Source: Candidatus Latescibacterota bacterium (lineage in GTDB: Bacteria; Latescibacterota; UBA2968). Taken from it: a stretch of 64,000 nt of DNA. Of the stretch, positions 38,201 to 47,200 are shown one piece after another; within the stretch, counting starts at the first letter, position 1; each line of letters opens with the position of its first letter. The stretch lies in contig OZ244960.1 of NCBI GenBank assembly GCA_965222605.1, positions 896,001 through 960,000 of the forward strand. Reading direction: 5' to 3'. Below the pieces are notes generated by a model that was not told the origin of the DNA, ran no database searches, and saw only the letters and a program-made list of their open reading frames with translations. Both the position numbers and the translations under genes were made by a program.

Positions 38201-41200
38201 CAACATTGAACAGCCTGAGCTTGCGCTGGACAGCACCGACTAATACAGGCTCCGCAATCAGCGACTACGATATACAGTACAGGGCGACAGGAGGCAGCTT
38301 CACCGATTGGCCCCATACTGGCACGAGCACGACGACAACAATCACGGGCTTGACCGCGAACATCCGTTACGAAGTACAGGTACGGGCGCGCAATGCCCAG
38401 GGAGAGAGCAACTGGTCGCCATCGGGCAGTGGCACGACCAGTAGTAGTGGTGGCAGTGGTGGTAGTGGTAATAACCCCGATCTAATTGTCGAATCGCCTG
38501 CAGTCAGCGATAGTAGTCCGGATGCAGGCGCGTATTTCACGCTGAGTGCTACTGTTCGCAACCAGGGCGGCAGTCGGTCTGCCTCTACCACATTGCGCTA
38601 CTATCTGTCAACCGATGAGACCATCACGACAAGTGATACGGAAGTAGAATCCGACTACGTGACCCGCCTTGATCCTTCTGCAATTAGTGATGAGTCCGCT
38701 CGGATAGAGGCACCATCCAGTGAGGGCACATATTACTATGGCGCCTGTGTCGAGCCGGTGGATGGCGAATCTGACACAGGAAATAACTGTTCCAGTGCTA
38801 TCACCGTCACTGTTCTCGGCTCTGACTTGGTCGTCGAACCGCCTTCCGTTAGCAATAGTAGTCCGGGGCCAGGCGCATCCTTCACATTGAGCGCAACTGT
38901 TCGCAACCAGGGTGGCGGCGCGGCTCCCTCTACTACATTGCGCTATTATCTGTCAACCGATGAGACCATCACGACAGGTGATCAGGAAATAGAAACCAGC
39001 TACGTTAGCTCCCTTGATCCCTCTGAAACCAGTGATGAGAGGGCTTATTTGAACGCACCATCGAGCGAAGGCACGTATTACTATGGTGCCTGTGTCGAAA
39101 GCGTCACCGGGGAGAGCGATACGGGCAACAACTGCTCCAGTGCTGTCACTGTCACTGTTAGTGGTTCTGACTTAATCGTTGAATCGCCTACGGTCGATAA
39201 CAACACCCCGGGACCGGGGGAGTCTTTCTACCTGAGTGCGACAGTGCGCAATCAAGGTGGTAGTCGGTCTAACTATACCACATTGCGCTATTATCTATCA
39301 ACCGACGAAACGATTACGACAAGCGATACGGAGGTAGATACGGACTCTGTGACCCGCCTTGATCCTTCTGAAACCAGCGAGGAATCTGTTCGTTTAGCGG
39401 CACCGTCAAGCGAGGGCACGTATTACTACGGAGCCTGTGTCGAGGCGGTGGATGGAGAATCTGATACAGGAAACAACTGCTCCAGTGCTGTCGCCGTCAC
39501 TGTTAGTGGTTCTGACTTAATCGTCGAATCACCTACAGTCAGCGAAAGTAGCCCGAAGGCTGGTGCATCCTTCAGGCTGTATGCCACTGTTCGCAATCAG
39601 GGTGGCAGTCGGTCTGCCTCTACCACATTGCGCTATTACCTGTCAATCGATGTGACGATCAATACGAACGATCAGGAAGTAGATACGGACTACGTGAGCC
39701 GCCTTGCCCCTTCTGAAACCAGCGAGGAATATGCTTTTTTGAGGGCACCGTCGAGTGATGGCACATATTACTATGGAGCCTGTGTCGAGGCTGTCACTGG
39801 TGAATCCGACACAGGTAACAACTGCTCCAGTGCTGTCACCATGACCGTGGGTAGCACAACTCCCCCACCCCCACCCACTCCCAACCAGCCCCCAGTATTC
39901 AGTGAAGGCGCGAGCACGACCCGAAGCATGGCAGAGAACACAGGGGCAGGTCAAAACATCGGGAACCTGGTCAGTGCAACAGATAGCGACAGAGACCGCC
40001 TCACCTACAGCCTCGAAGGCAGGGATGCCAGAGCATTCACCATCATCTCAGGCAGTGGTCAGATCAGGACCCGATCGGGCGTGAGCTATGACTATGAGAC
40101 ACAGAACAGCTATTCAGTAACCGTGCGGGCACAGGACGGCAAAGGCGGCAGTGCGACCATCGCCGTGACCATCACCCTCACCGATGAGAACGAAACGCCG
40201 GGCAGGCCAGATGCGCCCACAGTCACAGCCTCAACATTGAACAGCCTGAGCCTGCGCTGGACAACACCGACTAACTCCGGATCTGCCATCAGCGACTACG
40301 ATGTGCAATACAGGGAAGCAGGCGACAGCTTCAACGACTGGCCCCATACTGGGACGAGCACGAGCACGACGATCACTGGATTGACCGCAAACACCCGTTA
40401 CGAAGTGCAGGTGCGCGCGCGCAATGCCCAGGGAGTGAGCAACTGGTCGCCATCAGTTACCGGGACGACCACAGCCAATCAGTCCCCAGTGTTCAGTGAG
40501 GGAGCCAGCACAACCCGCAGCATAGCAGAGAACACAGGCGCAGGTCAGAACATCGGAAACCCGGTCAGTGCGACAGATGGCGACAACGACCAGCTTACCT
40601 ACAGCCTCCAGGGCAGGGATGCCTCTGCATTCACTGTCCAGTCAAGTAGTGGTCAACTCAGAACCCGATCGGGTGTAACCTACGACTATGAGACAAAGGA
40701 TACCTATTCGGTAACCGTGCGGGCACAGGACGGCAAAGGCGGCAGTGCAACCATTGCCGTGGAGATCACCCTCACCGATGAGAACGAACCACCGGGCAGA
40801 CCTGCTGCACCTACAGTCACTGCTTCATCTAATAGCCTGAGTCTGCGCTGGACAGCACCGACGAACCTCGGCCCTGCCATCAGCGACTACGATATACAGT
40901 ACAGAACGACAGGAGGTAATTTCACCGACTGGCCCCATACGGGCACGAGCACGACAACGGCAATCACGGGCTTGGCGGAGAACACCCCTTACGAGGTACA
41001 GGTGCGAGCGATCAATGACGAAGGCATAGGCGACTGGTCGCCATCGGGTAGTGGCACGACCAGTAGTACTGGTGCTAATAATCCCGATCTGATAGTTGAA
41101 TCACCTTCGGTCGATAATAACACCCTGTCACCAGAGCAATACTTCAGGCTAAGTGCGACTGTTCGCAATCAGGGTGGCAGTCGGTCCTCCTCCACGACAT

Positions 41201-44199
41201 TGCGCTATTATCTGTCAACCGATGAGACAATCTCGACAAGTGATACAGAAGTGGGTACGGACTATGTGTTCCGCCTTGATGCTTCTGAGACCGGTAATGA
41301 ATCTGTTCGTTTGAAGGCTCCATCGAGTGAAGGCACATATTACTATGGAGCCTGTGTTGAAAGCATCAGCGGGGAGAGCGATACGGGCAACAACTGCTCC
41401 AGTGCTGTCACCGTCACTGTTAGTGGTCCTGACTTAATCGTCGAATCGCCTTCGATCAATAATAACACCCCGACACCCGGGCGATTAATCCGACTGAGCA
41501 CCACTGTTCGCAATCAGGGAGACGGGCGGGCTCCCTCTACGACATTGCGCTATTATCAGTCAACCGACGAGACGATTGATCAGAGTGATACAGAAATAGA
41601 TACAGACTATGTTAGCTCCCTTGACCCTTCTGAAACCAGTGATGAGTGGGATTCTTTCTCAGCCCCGTCGAGTGCTGGCACATATTACTATGGCGCCTGT
41701 GTCGATGCAGTCACTGGCGAATCCGACACGGGTAACAACTGCTCCAGTGCTGTCACAGTAACTGTAAGGAGCGCCCCCCCTCCACCCGCTCCCAATCAGC
41801 CCCCAGTATTCAGTGAAGGCGCGAGCACGACCCGCAGTCTGACAGAGAACACAGGGGCAGGTCAGAACGTCGGGAACCCGGTCAGCGCAACAGATAGCGA
41901 CAGCGACCGCCTCACCTACAGTCTCCAGGGCAGGGATGCCTCTGCATTCACCATCATCTCAGGTAGTGGTCAACTCAGGACCCGGTCAGGTGTAAGCTAT
42001 GACTATGAGACCAAGGATAGCTATTCGGTAACCGTGCGAGTGCAGGATGGCGAAGGCGGAAGTGCAACCATTAGCGTGACCATCACCCTCACCGATGAGA
42101 ACGAACCACCAGATAGACCAGATGCACCTGTAGTCACAGCCTCAACATTGAACAGTCTGAGCCTGCGCTGGACAGCGCCGACTAATCCCGGTCCTGCCAT
42201 CAATGACTACGACGTGCAATACAGGGAAGCAGGAGGCAGCTTCAACGACTGGCCCCATACTGGGACTGGCACGACGACAACAATCACGGGCTTGACCGCG
42301 AACACCCGTTACGAGGTACAGGTGCGAGCACGAAATGCACAGGGCGAAAGCTCCTGGTCGCCATCGGTTACCGGGACAACCATAGCCAATCAGTCCCCAG
42401 TGTTCAGCGAAGGTGTGAGCACGACGCGCAGCACAGCCGAGAACACAGGCGCAGGGCAGAACATCGGAAATCCGGTCAGCGCGACAGATGGCGACAACGA
42501 CCAGCTTACCTACAGCCTTGAAGGCAGGGATGCCTCTGCATTCACCGTCCAGCAAAATAGTGGTCAACTTACGACCAGGTCAGGCGAAACGTATGACTAT
42601 GAGACAAAGGACAGCTATTCGGTAACCGTGCGGGCACAGGACGACAAAGGCGGCAGTGCAACTATTAGCGTGGAGATCACCCTCACCGACGAAAACGAAC
42701 CGCCGGGCAGACCTGCTGCGCCCACAGTGATGGCCTCGTCGAATACCCTGAGCGTGCGTTGGTCAGAACCGGGAAATACCGGTCCTGCCATCAGCGACTA
42801 CGATGTGCAATACAGGGAGTCAGGAGGCAGTTTCACCAACTGGCCCCATATTGGGCCGAGCCTGAGCACGACGATTAGAGGCTTGATGCCTGAGACCCCT
42901 TACGAAGTACAGGTGCGAGCAACCAATGACGAAGGCACGAGCGACTGGTCGCCATCGGACAGTGGCACGACCAGTCGTCCCGCTCCCGGCTTTGCCCCGG
43001 TAGATCAGAATGCATTCAATACATTTGTCTTTGATAAAGTCCTATCAGTAGAGACCTATTATATCGAGTTTTTATCTACTGGTCGTTTCGAGGAAAACAA
43101 TCAATATCCGGGAAGCTATACATATTCAAATACCGGCTCGAATACGGGCATACTGACGCAAAACTATGATGGAGGGCAGTTGGGCGGTACCTGTACAATC
43201 GAAATGACCTTCTCTTCAACAACCACAGGCACTTTGCGCTACAAATGTGGTAGCGATGAAAACTACAATTCACCCCAGCAGTGGCGGCTTTCCGATGCGC
43301 CCGACCCCAACGCCTTTAATATCGAAGTCATTTGGGTCGGCAGCGAGCCTTCTGAACATCACAGGGCAGCCTTCAATGCCTCGGTTACGCGTTGGGAGAA
43401 CATTATCACGAGTGACATCACCGATGTTTTTGTTAGCGCAGATGAAGGGGGAGAGATCGACGGCGTTAAGGTCTTCGGTCTTGTAGATGACCTGCAGATC
43501 TACGCAAGCCTCACTAATATTGACGGCCCAGGTGAAACCCTGGGGAGTGCTGGTCCTCGAGAAATGCGCGGGCAATCAAAATTGCCGATTGTAGCGCGAA
43601 TGAGATTCGACACGTCTGACCTGGGCGATTTTACGCTTGAAGCTCTGCAAGATCTCTATCTGCATGAGATGGGGCATTGTTTGGGGATCGGCACTGTGTG
43701 GGAACGCCTCGGCCTGTTAAAAAATCCGTCGATTGATTACATCTTTTTTATTTTTCCCGTAGAAGTGGATGATGCCGATACGCATTTCGCAGGTGCAGAG
43801 GCGATTGAAGCGTTCAATGACGCAGGCGGAACGGACTACGCGGATGGGAAGGTACCGGTGGAGAATGAGAAAGGGGGACAGGGTACACGAGACGGTCATT
43901 GGCGGCAGTCTGTGTTCGGCCCCCATGAACTCATGGAAGGATTCGCTTCTCCCAGTGCTGCGATGCGCCAACCGTTGAGCGCGATCACGATCCAGTCTCT
44001 ATCCGATCTGGGCTACATCGTCAATGTCGGTCAGGCAGACGCGTACACACTGCCCTCTCCTACCGCTGCTAAATTGGCGATAGCATCTGAGCACCAGGTC
44101 CCGATTAACTGCCTCCTGATAGAACCCATCGGCGAGATTGATGAATACAAGCCTATCGAGTTAAAGCCCAAGCGCTTGAAGAAGCGTGAGGATCAATGA
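35260..44199 (+). CDS. giant secreted adhesin-protease 2: cohesin-like, dockerin-like, 11 CARDB, 6 FN3, 4 cadherin, leishmanolysin(M8)-like peptidase
   Basis: Same modules as protein 1 in a different order; HEMGHCLGI..GHW..ELM; N-terminal beta domain with FEYDATQVVY..GDILP..IGTLRF. Confidence 0.9.
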   Translation: MKPPVKFLSFILSITSLLSLIFLIYPRSLSPQTRSFSLSLDLDNSVGDQAASSLDASPNQVISIQIFGKDIQNANGFSTLFEYDATQVVYEKFDVGDILPNPLVEQDSITVLQHNATSVVQIDMTSLDEATTANSSLIGTLRFRTTDAFSNTEIRLVRAGLDREGQFEIVTTTTSVALGIASPSLDFDGSGIVDFPDFLMFVSAFGSEEGQDKYDSKYDLNSDGKIAFEDLLILTDNFGKSVVAQKSPTPPTPPTSPGQGNARPDLIVESPKVSDSNPEAGDYFTLSVTVRNQGTGNSPILMRLSYYLSTDETISTSDTEVGWDLVSRLDPSETSDESDRVRAPSSGGTYYYGACIEVVSGESDTGNNCSSAVAVTVLGSDLIVESPSVDNNTPGPGESFYLSATVRNQGGGRSSSTTLRYYLSTDETITTSDTEVGTDYVSRLDASETSEESVRLSAPSSEGTYYYGACVEAASGESDTGNNCSSAVAVTVIGPDLIVEPPSVSDSSPDAGAYFTLSATVRNQGGSRSDFTTLRYYLSTDETISTSDTEVTTDFVSRLDPSEAGDESARIRAPSSAGTYYYGACVESVTGESDTGNNCSTAVTVTVGGTSPPPPPPPTPTPSGSPGRPDAPTVTASTLNSLSVRWSAPTNTGSAISDYDVQYREAGGSFTDWPHTGTSTTTTITGLTANTRYEVQVRARNAQGESNWSPSGSGTTSSSGGSGNNPDLIVETPTVSDSSPIAGSYFKMRTLVRNQGGGRSASTTLRYYLSTDETITTDDTEIGTDYLSRFYTTNHESVTLQAPSSEGTYYYGACVDAVTGESDTGNNCSSAVTVTVLSSDLVVETPTVSESSPKAGAYFTLSATVRNLGGGAAHSTILRYYLSTDETITTSDTEVGTDYLSGVSAYGTNHESAYLRAPSSDGTYYYGACVEAVTGESDTGNNCSSAVTVTVGGTSPPPPPPPTPTPSGSPGRPDAPVVTSSTLNSLSLRWTAPTNTGSAISDYDIQYRATGGSFTDWPHTGTSTTTTITGLTANIRYEVQVRARNAQGESNWSPSGSGTTSSSGGSGGSGNNPDLIVESPAVSDSSPDAGAYFTLSATVRNQGGSRSASTTLRYYLSTDETITTSDTEVESDYVTRLDPSAISDESARIEAPSSEGTYYYGACVEPVDGESDTGNNCSSAITVTVLGSDLVVEPPSVSNSSPGPGASFTLSATVRNQGGGAAPSTTLRYYLSTDETITTGDQEIETSYVSSLDPSETSDERAYLNAPSSEGTYYYGACVESVTGESDTGNNCSSAVTVTVSGSDLIVESPTVDNNTPGPGESFYLSATVRNQGGSRSNYTTLRYYLSTDETITTSDTEVDTDSVTRLDPSETSEESVRLAAPSSEGTYYYGACVEAVDGESDTGNNCSSAVAVTVSGSDLIVESPTVSESSPKAGASFRLYATVRNQGGSRSASTTLRYYLSIDVTINTNDQEVDTDYVSRLAPSETSEEYAFLRAPSSDGTYYYGACVEAVTGESDTGNNCSSAVTMTVGSTTPPPPPTPNQPPVFSEGASTTRSMAENTGAGQNIGNLVSATDSDRDRLTYSLEGRDARAFTIISGSGQIRTRSGVSYDYETQNSYSVTVRAQDGKGGSATIAVTITLTDENETPGRPDAPTVTASTLNSLSLRWTTPTNSGSAISDYDVQYREAGDSFNDWPHTGTSTSTTITGLTANTRYEVQVRARNAQGVSNWSPSVTGTTTANQSPVFSEGASTTRSIAENTGAGQNIGNPVSATDGDNDQLTYSLQGRDASAFTVQSSSGQLRTRSGVTYDYETKDTYSVTVRAQDGKGGSATIAVEITLTDENEPPGRPAAPTVTASSNSLSLRWTAPTNLGPAISDYDIQYRTTGGNFTDWPHTGTSTTTAITGLAENTPYEVQVRAINDEGIGDWSPSGSGTTSSTGANNPDLIVESPSVDNNTLSPEQYFRLSATVRNQGGSRSSSTTLRYYLSTDETISTSDTEVGTDYVFRLDASETGNESVRLKAPSSEGTYYYGACVESISGESDTGNNCSSAVTVTVSGPDLIVESPSINNNTPTPGRLIRLSTTVRNQGDGRAPSTTLRYYQSTDETIDQSDTEIDTDYVSSLDPSETSDEWDSFSAPSSAGTYYYGACVDAVTGESDTGNNCSSAVTVTVRSAPPPPAPNQPPVFSEGASTTRSLTENTGAGQNVGNPVSATDSDSDRLTYSLQGRDASAFTIISGSGQLRTRSGVSYDYETKDSYSVTVRVQDGEGGSATISVTITLTDENEPPDRPDAPVVTASTLNSLSLRWTAPTNPGPAINDYDVQYREAGGSFNDWPHTGTGTTTTITGLTANTRYEVQVRARNAQGESSWSPSVTGTTIANQSPVFSEGVSTTRSTAENTGAGQNIGNPVSATDGDNDQLTYSLEGRDASAFTVQQNSGQLTTRSGETYDYETKDSYSVTVRAQDDKGGSATISVEITLTDENEPPGRPAAPTVMASSNTLSVRWSEPGNTGPAISDYDVQYRESGGSFTNWPHIGPSLSTTIRGLMPETPYEVQVRATNDEGTSDWSPSDSGTTSRPAPGFAPVDQNAFNTFVFDKVLSVETYYIEFLSTGRFEENNQYPGSYTYSNTGSNTGILTQNYDGGQLGGTCTIEMTFSSTTTGTLRYKCGSDENYNSPQQWRLSDAPDPNAFNIEVIWVGSEPSEHHRAAFNASVTRWENIITSDITDVFVSADEGGEIDGVKVFGLVDDLQIYASLTNIDGPGETLGSAGPREMRGQSKLPIVARMRFDTSDLGDFTLEALQDLYLHEMGHCLGIGTVWERLGLLKNPSIDYIFFIFPVEVDDADTHFAGAEAIEAFNDAGGTDYADGKVPVENEKGGQGTRDGHWRQSVFGPHELMEGFASPSAAMRQPLSAITIQSLSDLGYIVNVGQADAYTLPSPTAAKLAIASEHQVPINCLLIEPIGEIDEYKPIELKPKRLKKREDQ

Positions 44200-44230
44200 C
44201 ACTCACCCTTCAGAGTAGGAGGTTTCTCAC

Positions 44231-47200
44231 ATGCAAAAGATCCTATTGTTCAACCTCATCCTCTCTTTTTTTTTCGTGCAGGACAGCCTTGCCCAGACCA
44301 CCCTTGTAGGGCATAGGCGTGATGTCACTTCTGTGGCATTTTCGTCCGATGGCACAATCCTTGCTTCCGGGTCAGAGGATGATACGATCAAGCTGTGGGA
44401 TGTGGCGACGGGACGAAATATTGCCACGCTTGAAGGGCATACGGACTATGTCACTTCAGTAGCGTTTTCCCACGATGGGAAGCTACTCGCTTCCGGGTCA
44501 GAGGATGAAACAGTCAAGTTATGGGATGTGGCAACGCATACAAATACCGCCACCCTTGAAGGGCATACGGGTGAAGTCCTTTCTGTGGCATTTTCCCACG
44601 ATGGGAAGACCCTCGCCTCATCGGGAGGCTATCAAGATGAAACGGTCAGACTTTGGGATGTGGCGACGCATACAAATACCGCCACCCTTGAAGGACACAC
44701 GAGGGGGGTCCTTTCTGTGGCGTTTTCCCACGACGGAAAACTGCTCGCTTCCGGGTCAGAGGACGAAACCGTCAAACTGTGGGATGTGGCGACGGGACGA
44801 AATACCGCCACCTTTGAAGAACATACGAGTGATGTCGCTTCGGTAGCGTTCTCCCACGATGGGACAATGCTTGCTTCCGGCGGGGCGAGATTTGATAATA
44901 CGATCAAGCTGTGGGATGTGGCGACGAGACGAAATATCGCCACCCTTAGAGGGCATACGAGTGATGTCGCTTCAGTGGCATTCTCTCCCAATGGGACCAC
45001 TCTTGCTTCCGGAGGAGGAAAATTTGATAATACGGTCAAGCTGTGGGATGTGGCTGGTCAATATTCTTTCGCCACCTTTGAGCATACGGATGCCGTCACT
45101 TCAGTAGCATTTTCACCGGATGGGACGATTCTTGCGTCAGGGTCAGAGGATGAGACGGTCAAGCTGTGGGATATCTCGGAATCGCTGGTTCCCCGTCCTT
45201 TCTCGTTAGTGATAATCTCTGGTGATGACCAGCAAGGTACGCCCGGTACCGCATTGCCCAACCCCTTGATCGTTGAGGTGAGAGACAGGGACAACAATCC
45301 CCTACCGGATGTACAGGTCACTTTTACGGTCACTGCTGGTGAAGGAAAGCTCAGCGGACAGTTTACAGTTGAGCACGTAACGACCAATGCCAATGGCCGC
45401 GCACAACGGACGCTTATCCTTGGTCCTGGTCCGGGAACACACACTTTTGTTGGAGTATCTGTCCTTGAGGGTGAGTTGCTGGTGACGTTTAATGCGGTGG
45501 GCACTGGAACACCTGATGTCCTTTTCTTGCGGAACGGCCTTACCGAAGATACCCTTGTAGGGCATACGAGTAATGTGACTTCAGTGGCGTTTTCGCCCCA
45601 TGGGACATTGCTTGCATCAGGGTCAGATGACGGCACGGTTGTGCTGTGGGACGTGGCGACGAGCACAAACACGGCCACACTTGAAGATAATATTTATGGC
45701 GTTGACGCTATGGCATTTTCCCACGATGGCACAACCATCGCTACAGCGTCTATTTATAGCATCAAACTGTGGGATGTGGCGACGGGCACAAATATCGCCA
45801 CACTTGAAGGAAAATTTTTCGAATCTGTGGCGTTTTCACCCGATGGGAAAACTCTCGCTTCCGCATCGTGGGATGGGATCAAGCTGTGGGATATAGCGAC
45901 GCGTAAGACTACCCTCATACTTGAAGAGACGCCTTATGGCGGTGTCGAATCTGTGGTGTTTTCACCCGATGGGAAAACTCTCGCTACTGCGTCAGATGAT
46001 GGCACAATTAAACTGTGGGACGTCGCGACGGGAAACGTCTTCATTCTTAAAGGGCATACGGATGATGTCTATTCTGTGGCGTTTTCCTCTGATGGGACGA
46101 TGCTCGTGTCTGGATCAAATGATGGCACGAGCAAGCTATGGGACGTGGTGAGGCGCACAAATACCGTTACCTTTGAAGGGCATAAGGATAACGTCACTTC
46201 TGTGGGATTTTCACCCGATGGCGCGACCATCGTTTCCGGATCAGAGGATGGTACAGTCAAGCTATGGGACGTGGCGACGGGCACAAATATCGCCACACTT
46301 GAAGGCCATACAGATGAGGTTCTTTGGGTGCTTTCGGTGGCATTTTCGCCCCATGGGACGATCGTCGCTTCCGGATCAAGTGATAATACAGTCAAGCTGT
46401 GGGATGTGGCTGAGGCGGTTCAGCCACAACCTGCGGGGTTGATGATAATATCCGGCAATGACCAGCAAGGCACACCCGGTGCCGCGTTGCCCAATCCCCT
46501 GATCGTTGAAGTACGAGATCAGTACGGGAATCCCTTACCAGGTACTCAAGTCACCTTTACAGTCACCGCTGGTGAGGGGCAGTTCAGTGGTCAGCTCACG
46601 GTTGAGCACGTAACAACCGATGCCAATGGCCGCGCACAAGGGACACTCACACTTGGTCCCGGTCCGGGAACATACACTACTGTCAGGGTATCTGCTGGAC
46701 AGGAGTTTGTGATATTTACTGTTGGAACGCCCGACACGCCGCGCAGCAGAGATGGTGATTACTGGACATGGCATTTACCCGACGGCGTAACCGCACGCCT
46801 GGGCAAAGGTTGGATATTGGATATCGCGTATTCGGATGATGGCGCGCGGCTGGCGGTGGGCAGTGGCATCGGGGTTTGGATCTATAATGCACTCACCGGT
46901 GCCGAAGTTGACCTTCTCACGGAACATACGTCTGTAATCCGCAGCGTCGCGTTCAATCCGGATGGTAGCACACTCGCCGGTGGCAGTTGGGACGGTACAA
47001 TCCATCTGTGGGATGCAACCACAGGACAGCACCTGAACACGCTCACAGGACATCGGTCAGCAGTCCGCAGCGTCGCGTTCAATCCGGATGGCAGCACACT
47101 TGCCAGCGGTAGTCAGGGCGGTACAATTCGTCTTTGGGATGCCACTACAGGACAACACTTGAGAGTACTCACTGCGCTGGATGTGTTTGGAAATGCGGAG

